From: Vermamoeba vermiformis
Lineage: Eukaryota
Assembly (NCBI GenBank): GCA_045837725.1
Contig: JBEWZL010000202.1
Span: forward strand, 124,001-188,000
DNA: 64,000 nt
Direction of reading: 5' to 3'
Position numbers and translations under genes: made by a program. This document shows, one piece after another, positions 13,601-26,300 of the stretch (position 1 is its first letter; the number at the start of each line of letters is the position of its first letter). Under the pieces are notes generated by a model. It searched no databases. It saw nothing but the letters and a program-made list of their open reading frames with translations, and was not told the origin of the DNA.

Positions 13601-13883
13601 TTATCTATATTGTTATAATATGTACACGTGTGGTCTTCATACCGTATCTGTTTTGTTTTATTCGGCTAACAACGCGGCAGGGCAAAGACCGAAAAAAGAA
13701 ACGAGCAGCACGGGAAAATCTCCCGCGAGATACAAATTTCGTACCGGATTACATGTCACTGAAATATCATGTAGAACCTTACGTTAAAGAGTACATCTCA
13801 GATTGAAAACGATAAATGTAACTGATATTAACGGTTGTACATTTCGCATCCGAGACGCGGTTTATTATTGTGAGCCGATATAC

Positions 13884-16108
13884 TCACTTTGTCTCGAGCT
13901 TCTTGCGGTGTTGAAGCACACATTGGGTAGTACAATATTTGTATATTAGTCGCTCAAATGGCACGAGGCCAGTTAAAGGTTTGCCGCAGTTCGCGCAGTT
14001 CTCGATTCCCTTCAACCGGTTCTCAGCAGCAAGAGCTCGCTTTTCTCTATCCGTCATGTTCTTCAACTTCTCTTGTCTAGCCCTCTCGACAGCAGCTGCC
14101 TCTTTTTCGGCAGCTTCTTTCTCTCGCTTGATCCTGAGCTCTTCCTCCTCTTTCTTTTTCTTCTCCTCTTCTTCCTGCTTCTTTTGCTTAGCTCGTTGTT
14201 GTTGCTGCTTTTTCTTTTGCTTCTTCTTCTCAGCACGCTTTTGTTCAAGCTCACGCTCTTCCTCGTCCGTCAAGGGTGGCACACCAAGGCTGTGCCAGTT
14301 CCACATCTCCGGATTCGCACCTAAAAAGGACATCTGAGTAAAATGCATGGTATAAGGACAGTATAATAACATACCTGCGAACTTTCTAAATACTGCTCGC
14401 GTGTTTTTGTCCTTCGAAACGTCGTATGGAGATTTCGAGTCGATACCTTTGAGTGATGGATCCGCACCATGATGCAACAAGTACTCCACAATATCATTAT
14501 GACCATTAAGTGATGCAACGTGCAAAGCGGTGTGCAGCTTGTGCTTGGGTATCTGAATGTTCACATTGACGTGAGCACTCTCACACAAGTACTGTACGAC
14601 GGGCATATGGCCTGCTTGCGAGGCAACATAAAGCGGTGTGATGAGATCTCTAGCTTCATATACTGGTGCTTGATAGTCAGAGTCGTAGAGTTCTTGCAGT
14701 TTTGCAACATCGCCCGATCGAGCAGCTTCTACGAGGAGATTGACGAGATCTACCGGGTTTGTTGAAGGTTTCTTTGATTCGACAACAAACGTTGGATCAG
14801 GTTGTACTTGCACGGGTTTCTTTTCAACGACTTCTATAGGCTGTGCTTGTTCAATAGGTTGCTCCTCCACCTTGCCGAACTCTACAGTGCTCAAGATACT
14901 GTGGATCCGCTTGATCTCTACAAGTGTTGGACGACGAGTAGTAAACGGCACACTATGTATTCTAGGGTCTTGCTTATCGAGAAGTCCAGGTAATGCTCCA
15001 TCCAAGTTAACAAAGTAAGTCTTGTTGGATCCGGGTGCAAACATGAAGATCAAGTTGCACGCCTGCAGCATGGTCTTCCAATCCACAGTCATAATCTCGT
15101 GAATTTCTTCGCGCAACTTCTTCTCGTTGGCACGACGAATCATCGCACCAGCACTTTGAATGTTCTTGCCTTGCTTGTCCTTTGAGCTTTGACTTCCTCC
15201 TTGCTTCCTTCGTGTCGTGTATCTTCGGATAGTTTTATGCGCGAGGTTCTTGTGCCCTTCAAAAATAGAACCTGCAAAGTAACCGCCGCTGATCATCAAA
15301 ATAGCCCAAGTTTTGTTCTGCTTCATTGTTCGCAACTTCTGGATGTAGTAGCTTTGGTCGGCTGTTTCATTAGGACCTAACTTCTTAACGCCAGGTGCGA
15401 CGTAGTCTAGTACGTAACGCCATATGATAAATTGAGTGCCATCGGGCGTTGTAAATGTAACTTTCGGCGATTTATGGCCTTGTGTCGCAAGTTCAACCTC
15501 TTGCTCGGCTTCTTTTTTCAATTCGATGGCTTCCTTCTCGAGGTCCTTCTTGTAGTCCTCATCGTCGCTGCTTTCATCGCTGCTGGAGATATCTACAAAT
15601 AAGTCTCGTTAACAAAGCTCGCCAAACGTTCTGGATGTCGGGTGTAACGTTACCTCCTGAATTTCGTAACTCTGTAAATTCTTGAAATGAGACTGCCTTC
15701 AGGTTGTTCATTTTAAGTCGTAGATTAAATCTATGCCAATCGCTCTTGAAGTGCTGGTGTTGCTGGTCGATGGAAGTAAACTCGATCCCGCAATTTCGGC
15801 ACGTCATGCCGGGCTGTATAACCTTGTTTGGTGCAACTCCGACCTTTTTTTCTGAATTATCTACGATTTGTTCTTCTTCACTGGACTCGTCATCGAGCTC
15901 CTCTGTCGGTTTATCTGCACTAATTACGAAAATTGGGTAATTAATTTAGAAAAATTATACAACGCGATCAAACGTACGCTGGTAATACTACTTTTGCGTT
16001 TTGAGTGTCTGTTACTGAAATAATTTTTGTATTCGCATAAAAGTCTTCTGACAGATCAAACAGAATCTTGTTCTTCTGTTCTTTTGACTGTTTACTTTTC
16101 TTTTCCAT
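13884..16108 (-). CDS. ANKZF1: ANKZF1/Vms1 ribosome-quality-control factor
   Basis: Zinc finger CRNC..HFKSDWHRFNL, VLRF1 motif RYTTRRKQGGSQ, ankyrin repeats, coiled coil and C-terminal CANC..YCTTQC. Confidence 0.92.
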
Positions 16109-16291
16109 AACGGATGAATTTATCTACAAATATATAATACAAAAATGGAACGTGGTTGTCGATCAAAAAATTGAGAATAAATGCTAAACGAGAATTCTCA
16201 AGCTTTATTTTGGATCCGTTCTTGATAAAATAACAAAACAAGAAACCGGTTGACCACTATTCGCACGTCACGTCAACTTCCGTATGTCACT

Positions 16292-16985
16292 ATGTCAGCC
16301 GTACGAAGCAAGTGAACCGAATGTTCAGATGGAGTCCTGGAAAACAGAGTTCTCGCGCTTTACATCGTAGCTAAACTCATTTTGTGATGCAAAGCTAAAA
16401 TTAACTTCCTGCAGTTTATTTGTGGCTGCAAATTGACGCTCGTGAGCTTCTCGTACGCGTGAACTTAAGGTAAATTCCGCTGCTGGAGGTAAGTTGCGAG
16501 CTCTTACTGAAATATCTCGCCAACATGCTGCAGAATATTAGAAAATTAATTCTTTAATCTTCTCAGCTGCCATGTACTTGATTAAGCCACCACTCCCAGT
16601 TGGAACCACCGATTCGACCATTATGCGAGTAAGTTTTGTTCGAAAAGCTTTGATTTATGCACACGCGTGTGCAGTTAATTTAGATATTGCTCAGCAAACT
16701 TACTAACGATTTCTTTAGGGACTTGGATGGACCATCGGTATCATCAGCTACCTCGCCTTCACTGCTTCTCGTGAAAAGAAGAACAGCAAGTTGAAGAAGG
16801 CTCTTGCTTGCAGCATCTTTAGTGGCGATCTTTACGTGATCGGCACACGTCTGTACGCCTTCTCGCAAGGATGGATCTCATCGAGCGACAAAACCTTCGA
16901 AATTGTTAAGATTGGCTTGGCTTTGCTCGAAGCCGCCGGTATGACTTATTGCTACTTGGAAGCTAGCGAAGAGAAGGACGAGTAA
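16292..16985 (+). CDS. Small multi-pass membrane protein (5' exons uncertain)
   Basis: 3' exons translate to AAMYLIKPPLPVGTTDSTIMR / GLGWTIGIISYLAF...IVKIGLALLEAAGMTYCY..EEKDE*. The start codon was not resolved. Confidence 0.55.
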
Positions 16986-17510
16986 GCACGCAGTAACGCG
17001 AGCCCGCCCTCCAGATGCCTAACAGGCGAATCTCACTTGTAAATAATTTTAAAAAGAAACCGGTGCGTAGTCTTTGACATGAATGATGGCGCATTGACAT
17101 TGTATAAATCCTAAAATAAATAAAAAATGATTAATCAAATGACCGTTACAAGATGCAGAAAATCAAAATAAATCAATAATAGTTGGTGATAACTCAGAGG
17201 AGTCCCTTATTACTCCGTTATCTTAATCTTCATTATGATCCGCGGAGGGCAAGATACAATTTCATCAACGTAATCACCAAGCTAATAAGCAGTTTGCATC
17301 TGCTGATGATCTTCCATCAACCAACACTTACCAACTTAATTACGGTACGTCATGTGTCTATTCATTTGCAACGAGGCAGGGCAATGACAGGGCGATGTTA
17401 GAGGCCAAAACAAGCCCCTAAAAAGACTCCCTAATTATCGGGAGGCAGTCGCCAGAAGCGACATTTTCTGTTGAAATTTATTGTGCGCTATTCGATTCAA
17501 TACCTGCGAC

Positions 17511-18815
17511 ATGGATAATATAACAGTATCTCTCAACGGCGATAGTTTATCAATCGTTGGACAGGGCTTGGAGCATATTCCACCAGAACTAGGAACGAAG
17601 TATGGTCACATCGTCAAACGACTGGATCTGACCGAAAATTCACTCAAGTAAGATTTATAATATCTGTATAAATTATTTGCACGATGGTGTAATTGTCAGT
17701 GCGCTTTAAAATTATGTTACATTGTAGATTGAATATTTTCGATTATATTATTATTCCAGCAATATTAAGCCTTAACTTTCGATAGGACCGTGGAAAATAT
17801 TCATTTGTTTGCCAGTCTTAGCTCGTTAGTCATCGATAATAATAGTTTGGTCAGCCAACAAGAATTTCCTCGGATTGACTCGCTAGAAACTCTTTGGGTC
17901 AACGGAAATAATATATCCTTATACTACCATTTATTACGATATTTATACTATTTTTCCTGATCGTTGTTCTCCTTAACACTTTCATACATTGATAATTTAG
18001 ATATATTTTTGAACGCTATTCACGACAAATTTCCAAACTTGAAGTATCTCAGCATGCTGAAGAACCCATGCTGTCCTAATTATTTCGTCGGCAAAGACAG
18101 TCAAGCATATCAACGATACAGGTACGATTTAATACATATTGACAACATGTCACGATGATCCGATCCAGCCGAAATGCACCAAACGAGCAAAAATTCAGAA
18201 GAAAATAATATATAGATATACTAATACTCGTAGAATTATTATATATACAGGCACACAACAATAAGAATTTGTTATGAATTTTTCGACCCCGTGTGAACCT
18301 TTCATTAGCGTGCACAAAAGATTCGTTAGCACAATACTGACGGTCTTATTATTACACAGATACACAGTGCTTGCCCGTATGAAGTCATTAAAGTTTTTGG
18401 ACTCAAATCAAGTTACACCTGCTGAACGTGTCGAGGCCGAGAAGTATTACAGTCGCGTCGCTCGTGTCGATGCCTCTCAGGTACGTCTTAGTACTATTAC
18501 CGATTTGTAGTACTATATATTATAAGAGATTATTGTAACATATAGTCCTTATCATCCATGTCCTAATGTTTGGTATTGTAGTACGAAAAGAAGGTTGCAG
18601 ATGGACCTGTTGTTGATGAAACTAAGGGTCTCGATGCAGTTGGTAAGTTAAATATACACATATATAGCATCTCTATAACAATGTATTCATATGAATCGCA
18701 TTATATAGAAACAAATGATCAATCGGGAGTTCGAGCGGCTTTTGGTGTGACTCGTTACGTGTACACTGGTCGTCAGTCTGAAGGCAATAGATTTATTGTT
18801 GATCAGCAACTATAG
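17511..18815 (+). CDS. LRMDA: LRMDA/C10orf11-like leucine-rich repeat protein
   Basis: U2A'-type LRRs with an LRR cap (LKNPCCP..YRYTVL..LKFLD) and the characteristic C-terminus RYVYTGRQSEGNRFIVDQQL*. 6 exons. Confidence 0.85.
17913..17987 (+). other. U12-type (minor spliceosome) AT-AC intron
   Basis: 5' site ATATCCTT, branch point TCCTTAAC at 17970-17977, and terminal AC 10 nt later. It contains an in-frame TGA. Removal gives LETLWVNGNN|IDNLDIFL. Confidence 0.93.
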
Positions 18816-19103
18816 TCTACGAAGTTAAGAAATAAGACTACGGAAGACGAAGAAACTTTTGCAAGCCTTGTTTAAATTTTGTATAAAGAACGTGAAGTTA
18901 CATGTGATATATTGAATAAATTAACCCTTTTGTGCTCGAAGTGGCGTCATAGTCTATTTATCATTCAGTTCTCTTAATGTCGTGTACTGGCTCAGTTAAG
19001 TCATGATTTTTAATTCGCAGTTAAGTCACGAGTTGTTATTAGTGTTTTTTGCGATAGCGATTGTTTTATTGTATATTTTCTCACGAGTAATAGCTTATTT
19101 AAT

Positions 19104-20842
19104 ATGCTTTCGTTATTATCTAAGCAATTTGCAAGCTTGTCTTGCGGATCCTCGAGGCAGTTGATCTCATCTGTCCAGAAGACACGGGCGGCAACGAGTG
19201 TTTTTGGATCTATTAATTCAACCAAAAATAATTATCACACATCATCTATTTATCAAACCGGACGCGATCCCAACGTTCTGACAAAAGAAGATTCATATGA
19301 CTGGACACAATTGAAGCAGGACGTTTTCAAAGATTTTAATTACGGAATTAAAAAAGCACCGCCAGTGAAGAAGGTAATAATGCGCATTATTTAGTTATTA
19401 AATGAATTTTTGCACGCAAAATAAAATTATTGGATGTGGAATATTTGACTAATTATTGTATGAAGGTTACATTCATTCCTGAGGCTGAAGAAGACGAAAA
19501 AGTAGTCCCTAGGTAATTATTTTAATTTTTATAATAAATATTGGTTTCTTAGAGGCAAAATAATCGATCCACCAACAAATCCAGATTTCACGGATCAGTT
19601 TCAAAAGCCTCAATATCCTACATAATCGATACAATACTAATGTATATTATAGGGGAGAAGATGCGGCTGCTCAACCTCCAGCTTTTGAATTGCCGTCAGC
19701 TGGTGCTGTATGGAATTCACCAGTCCCGCCAGCTCCTCGCCCAGTTCGAGTTTATGAAGATGGAAGCACTATCGCTGTTGGCCGAAGGAAGCGCGCTACT
19801 GCTAAGGTAAGATTATCATATGATTATTTCTAAGAGATCCAGAGGTTGTCAAACATGTCGATGAACACGCACTTTTTATGACAATTATACAATACTACAA
19901 GAATTTAAGTTAATGAAAACGCGACACACATATTTGCAGCGTCTACTAGTATATAATCAAGAAGTCTCATATTTAGAATTGACGTTCTGACATGAAGATC
20001 TGTTGCTGGATCCACTGTCAAAAAACGTCATGTTTACTACCATTTTTACACCTAAAATCAATATTCTATAGTGCGATTGTTACATAGGCCTCAAGTAGAT
20101 GTTAAAGACAGGGACTTTAGTCCCACAATATTTGCGTGTTCGTCACATGAGTACGAACAAAACCTGTTTTGGATCTCTTACTTTACGTTACATTCTAGAA
20201 TTTCCTAGGAGATTGCCTGCGCGCACGCGTGGGGCGGTAAAATTGTTTAATGATGAAATTAGGAGGCTTAATTTATGATTATCAGTGATCAGAGCATAAA
20301 CCTCCTGAAAACAATTTTATTTTTTGTCATCGGATCTGCAGCTCTCGCACTTTCGCGCATTGAACTCACACATGTTGTATTTCATAGGTGCACTTAAAGA
20401 AGGGTACCGGCAATATTACTATTAATGGTAAACACTGGATGTATTATTTCCCTGTAAGTATTGTTAATGGCTTTTGGCACTCGTCAACGGATCCACGATC
20501 TGTTGCCTCAATAGTGCAAATACCAATAATCATTTTTTTGCGAACATTTGCTGATATTTTGGTTGTTAGCTGCCTTACGTGCGTGATCACATGATTCAAC
20601 CTTTGATGGTCACTGAGCGACTGAACACATACGACCTCGAAATCACTGCTTCAGGCGGTGGTCCATCAGGCCAAGCTGGCGCTATTCGCCTTGCTATTGC
20701 CCGTGCTTTGTTGAACGTAGACCCAGAACTTTACCCGCCATTGAAGCTCGGCAACTACTTGACTAGAGATGCACGCGAAGTTGAAAGAAAGAAGCCTGGT
20801 CGCAGAAAGGCTCGTCGTGCCTTCCAATGGGTCAAGCGTTAA
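19104..20842 (+). CDS. MRPS9: Mitochondrial ribosomal protein uS9m
   Basis: Presequence-like N-terminus, AVGRRKRATAK, GGGPSGQAGAIR and REVERKKPGRRKARRAFQWVKR*. Confidence 0.92.
20239..20318 (+). ncRNA. Candidate intronic box C/D snoRNA-like or hairpin RNA
   Basis: C box ATGATGA 20250-20256 and D box CTGA 20305-20308 are closed by a perfect 10-bp stem (aaaattgttt / aaacaatttt). It lies inside the unusually long intron of the uS9m gene. Confidence 0.45.
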
Positions 20843-21346
20843 GTGCACATTTGTGTTACTGTTAACGTGTTACTATTCAGTTTTAATAAAGCGGATTTGT
20901 GAATTTTCTGTGTTGGTGTCAAATTTACGAAAACAGGTTTCAGTCAGAACAAGGCATTACTGGCGTGCACCAGATAAGAAGTTTAGGGCATCTCCCTTAT
21001 GACCTTTTTGGTAAGCAATATTTATGCGAATCTAGCTCAGAAAGTATTCAGCTAACATCATGATAATTTGGGTTGAGCACTATAAATGAAATATAAGAAT
21101 AAATTAATTTTTAATTTTTTACTAATTTTACGGCTGATTTCATTTCTTTCGTTTTTCAACCTGCCCAAGAAAATACGTAAATTATTTAGAATTTCAAATT
21201 CGAAGTGTATGACTGAGTGACCTATGCGCATCTAAACTATAACGTCAATTTTTTTTAAATATCGGGTGTAACTCAAAATTTAATTGACAGATCAAGTGCC
21301 AGGTCTGTTTAGTATTCAAGAACTTACCTTCAACACAACACCACAA

Positions 21347-23025
21347 ATGTCTAACTACACTGATGCCGATATCCAAAAATGTCTCGATGACATGTACGAT
21401 CAGGTCATTGCCATCCAATCGGTTCGCAAACTGAAGCTGGGCTGGAAGATTTACGGCAGACGTAAGAAGACCTTGTGCAAAGTTTATGGCAGGCTCGTCG
21501 CGTTGCTTGGTGATGCCAACGCTGGTAAAACTTTCCTGATCCGAAAGTTCAATAGAGATCAGATCAAACTTCCAGGCAGTCATATTGTCCACACTCCTGG
21601 CCTTTGCATGATTTTGCCTGAAGACGCCGCTCTAGAAGAGTCTACAGACCCGAGAGTTGAGCAAAAGCAGGAGATCGACAAAAGCCAGTTGAGCGAGCGA
21701 GAATTGCTGGAGCTTCTTGAACAAGAAGAATTGAACCAAGAGATTGTCCCTGACGCTCCTAAAAACGTTATTAACGGCGTTATCTATCTGGATACTCAAG
21801 GAACTAACTATCCTTGTTCAGGTAAGATCTTTCAAATTCAATTCTTAAACGGATTCGTTAATTCTTTACCTTGTTATAGACGCTGATTTGACTGATGTGC
21901 GTGCCACTGAATTCCTGTTGCGTCAATTGACCTTGGAGATTGCTACTCGAGTCATCTACGTTACTCCCAAGTTCACTCGCGACACTCAAGTTCAGATCGG
22001 CAACTTAATCCGTCAGTTGGACAATACTGAAAAGCCAGTTACTCCCACCAATCGCCTTCTGATCGTGCATAACTGGGCTCATGTCAACACTCTTGAAGAA
22101 TTAGCCAAGCTCATTGAAGAAGTCAAGCGAACTTACACCTTCGAAGCGCCCGAGCAAGATGAGCGTTTTAAGAGGATGATCTCGTGGTTGCCTGAGCCCT
22201 TCATGGGTACTACTATCTACAACGGTCGACGTACTATCCATTTCTTCCTTGGCAATGATGCCTCTATGAGCGAGCACAACGAAGAAGTTATTGCGGTAAG
22301 CGTTGCACGTTGGATCCGAATCCAATTTTCCTATTCTTTAGAGAATTAGTATTAATTTAAATATATTAGGCGATCGAAGCTAAAATGTACGAGAACAATC
22401 TCCCTAAGGAGATTAATTTAATCCAACAAGTCATGGATCGAGCGAACAGATTGGTAGAACGAATGATTAAGGATTGGGATCATAGTCTCGTACTTGATGA
22501 AGAGGACGGCAAGCCTCTTATTATCTTGCCCAAGCCAAATAACCCAGGTCAAGGACCGAAGGGTCACTTCACTTTGCACAACATGCAGTTCTTGGGCTAT
22601 ACCATCGTTAGCGAAGGTATTAGCAACTTATTTGTACGTATATTCTAATACTTATTATGTAGAGTACTTACAATACTATTTAGGGCCGAGTTGACATTAA
22701 AGATGGTGAGATGAGAGTTCAAATCCACTGTGCTGGAATAACCCAAGAATACATTGCTAAAAATCACATCCAGTGTGAATGGGATATCAACAATCAGTAC
22801 GTCATCATTAAAGTTCAAATTCCTCCAGAAGAAGGTATGGATGGCTGGGAACAACTCCAGAACACTGTTAAAGTTGGCACTGGCATGTTCATTGCTCAAC
22901 TCCCCGAGGACCAGCGATTATTGCGCTTTGTGCGTCCTCGCAGAGATGAAATTCCAACATTGTTCTTGGTGAAGGATGGTGTCTTGGAGTTCAAGCTTCA
23001 GCTGGCAGACAATATTAACGACTGA
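21347..23025 (+). CDS. P-loop GTPase-like protein with C-terminal Hsp20/alpha-crystallin-like domain, copy 1
   Basis: G1 GDANAGKT, G2 HTPG, G3 DTQG and G4-position VHNW. The last exon reads GRVDIKDGEMRVQIHCAGI...GMFIAQLP...KDGVLEFKL. A 2-nt deletion relative to copy 2 shortens the C-terminus. Confidence 0.8.
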
Positions 23026-23126
23026 ACCAGTAACTTATGGAAAAAAGTAAGGTTAGTACTTTGGTTATTGTAAGAACTGTTTTCGTAGTAAATTTTGACA
23101 TATGTATGTTGAGAAGCGGAAAGAGA

Positions 23127-23260
23127 CAACTTCAGAACACAACCTGGAACTGGTATTTTTGTTGCTGAGCTTCCTGGTGACCAATTTCATTCCACCTCAT
23201 AGGGGCAAGTATTCACTGCAAAGGATGGCATATTGGAGTTCTCATTGCAATTGGCAAAAT
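23127..23260 (+). pseudogene. Decayed fragment of the GTPase-ACD last exon
   Basis: Pieces translate to QLQNT..GTGIFVAELPGDQ..AKDGILEFSLQLA, matching the paralogs' QLQNT..GTGMFVAQLPDDQ..AKDGVLEFKLQLA with deletions. Confidence 0.7.
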
Positions 23261-23385
23261 TTCTGTGGTTTTTTTCTAATGGCCATAAGCTGTAGAAATT
23301 TGTTAGTTCAGTGGACTCTTCAATTTTAAAAAGTATTTATTGCAACTAGTTTTGGTTGAACAGTACAGAGCAATTTTTTGCAGTT

Positions 23386-26300
23386 TTATTTGTCCTTGAT
23401 TTTTAATTCCTTCAATCTTGTAACACAGTCACTAGCAGTTGGTCGGCTTTTTGGGTCTTGTTTGCAACACGCTAGAATCAATTGCTTCAGATCATCATTA
23501 CTTGGATCAATATTATTGTTAATCTTGGTTTCTCTTTTTGCCTCATCTGCAATAGGTATACGTTGTCGTGTTAGCATTGAGAAAAGAACAATTCCAAATC
23601 TAAACACAGAGGTCAGTATTTGCCTAATGTACATAGTTCACATAAGCAATGGAAGCATACGAATAGATATCAGCCTTTTCATCATAGCGTTCTTCAGCCA
23701 GAATTTCAGGTGCCATGTAAACAAGTGATCCAGCAACAGTTTCAGCTAGAGAATTTGGATTAAGCCAACGAGCACATCCAAAGTCAGATATCTTTGCACG
23801 TTTTCCTTTGTTATACAACTATAGTACAGATTAATAATTAGATGTTAAATAAAAAGATCATTTGTACCAAAATATTCTGGTCTTTGAGATCTCGGTGAAT
23901 AATTTTTGGACTCAAGCTGTGCAAGTAATGAAGTCCTTTAGCAACATCCAATGCAATTTGAATAACTTCATTTCTTGAGAGTGTGACTTTTCTTGTGTAT
24001 AGCAGATCATGAAGTGATCCTTGCTTCATGTACTCCATCACAATCACAAGTTCATGGGTATTGGGATCTACCACAGTGGCCATGGCTATTATCAAGTGTT
24101 TGTGACGTACATGTCTTTTGCATTAGTTTCATTAAATTAATATGCTAAAATACCTACAATAAAGTGTCAACTTCCTTTGATATATTCTCCCTGTTAGTTG
24201 CAATAGCCATCTTCTTGATAGCTAAAAGTTGGCAATGCCATTTTGCTTTAAAGACTTTTCCTACTGCTCCTTCACCAATCTTTGAGATTACAATGATTTC
24301 TTTGAATAAAATTCCTGCAAAGCTGGTCAGAACAATTTCAATCTCTAATGTGGAAAATACCTGGAATGCTTTGTTGATTTTTTCCTTCTAATTGTTTAAG
24401 CTGTGTTTGAACTCTATGTCCCATTTGTGCTGTAGATTCTTGCTGGGTCTATTGAATGTTCGTAAGTTGACTAACAAATATTATGCATACCTGCTTAGCA
24501 GAAGTGTTAATCTGAGTTTCTATCAGTTGAGGTTTCCCAAGCTTCAAGCCATCACATGTGACCACCAAGTAATTCACTGTAATATGATTTGGAGTATTTG
24601 CAGTGGACTCAACTTGATTGCGTATTTCTGAATGGAAAATTTCGTTCAATTTGCCAAAATCAATTTCTGATCCTATTGGTTGTTGATTGAAGCAAATGGC
24701 ATGAAATTGCTTGTTATGCAATGAAATGTTGAAGTGGTGACTTATGTTTTGGTCTGTCAGAATTGATTTCAAGCTCTTTGGTTCACCTCTGTTGAATGTT
24801 GTCTTGTTCAAAGCACTGTCTACATTTGCAAGTCTAATGCAATGGGTGTTTGAATTGGATTGAAGTGCCATGATAGATGCTTGTGATATTATCATACTAA
24901 TATCTGCTGGAGAAAGAGATGCACCGTGCTTTGAATAACCTGGACATTATTAATTTACAGCTCCAATCTGCAGTGCAAGTAACTTTCCCTACCTGCTAGC
25001 TTCTCAGCAAGTACTTGAACCTCATGTTTTGTCAATGTATGATTGAATCCACGAAGAAGTATTATGAGGTATTCATGTACCATTACAACATCATCACAAG
25101 TGACTTCAATCACACCATTAAAGGGATAAGTTATATCAATAGCTCCTGAGCTTGTACCTGAAATAATAATAATTACCAATTTAAACACAAAACAAAGGTA
25201 AGCATACATAAAATAGTCAGAGCTGCAGGGTTGACAGCAGAATGCAATTGTGCAAACTGTTCATTCCCAATGCACATCACATCCATTAGCAGTACTAATT
25301 GGATTTTTGTTTCTTTGTAAATACGGTTGATAAGGTTTGCTAGGCATATCAAATCTTCCCTCTGTTGTTAGTCAGTAAGTTGTAAAATGTAAAAAAACTA
25401 ATACAGATGCTTTCATACACAGGTTTCAGCAAGATCAACATATGACAAAGAGATTAATGGTCGTTTAAGATCCTTCACTGAAAAAAGGAATTAAAGTTGG
25501 TTGTTGAACTGGTGAACTTACGAATGGCTTGTATGACCAGTGAACTCTGTTAGGGTAATATTTTAGTAAGTTAAGGAGAATTAATAAGTGCTTACTGCTC
25601 CACATAGCAAGATGCTGACTGGTGATTTGGATGGACGGGAAGTAAGTTCAATAATCTCAATCTGTTTGTGAATTTGGGATCGAAGAGATGAGAGACCAAA
25701 AATATCACTGTCATTCAAAACAGTCATTTGTCTAAACCATTTCTGCTCTGCCTCTGATATGACCAAAGATTGAATATGATCTAGTAGGCTTGTAGCACTG
25801 AGTGTTAACGCAGCAACTATTTTGCTTGATTCGTTTGTGTATGAGTATGAAGTAAAGAAGCACCTCCTGAGTACAACATTAAATTCCATTGCTTGCTGTA
25901 ACATTTCATTGCTGTGTGGTGTTAGAATATTGTCTGAAATAATGTTAGTTTGACTTTGTAGAAAGCAGACGCTTTGATTACCACTAATATCGATTTCTGT
26001 AAGACTTCGATTCTCCCATATCATTTCAGCAAGATGTAGTGCTCCTTGGTCACTTATTCGATTGCCTTTTTGTGTAATAATTATTAAATTTGGCTGAGTG
26101 TTGTAAACTTACACTTCAAGCTGAGTTTCTTCAGGGAAGCATTTGATTTTAGAGATTCCGATATTATTCGTGCACCTTCGTCACTGATATTGTTCCCTTG
26201 TGTCCTTTTTAGTTAATCATGCAAGCTAGTCAATGCATTTATTACCATTCAAATCTAAGCTTGTTAATTGCGTAGCTTGCTTGAGGCTGTCTACTAAATA

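Noticed and set aside
13939-14337. Ser/Phe/Cys-rich plus-strand ORFs
   Set aside because: Antisense of the K/E/Q-rich coiled coil of ANKZF1.
25405-25420. Apparent CGA->TGA nonsense codon in the LRR kinase
   Set aside because: It is better read as a phase-0 GTATGA splice donor matching the phase of the next exon, so the gene remains open.
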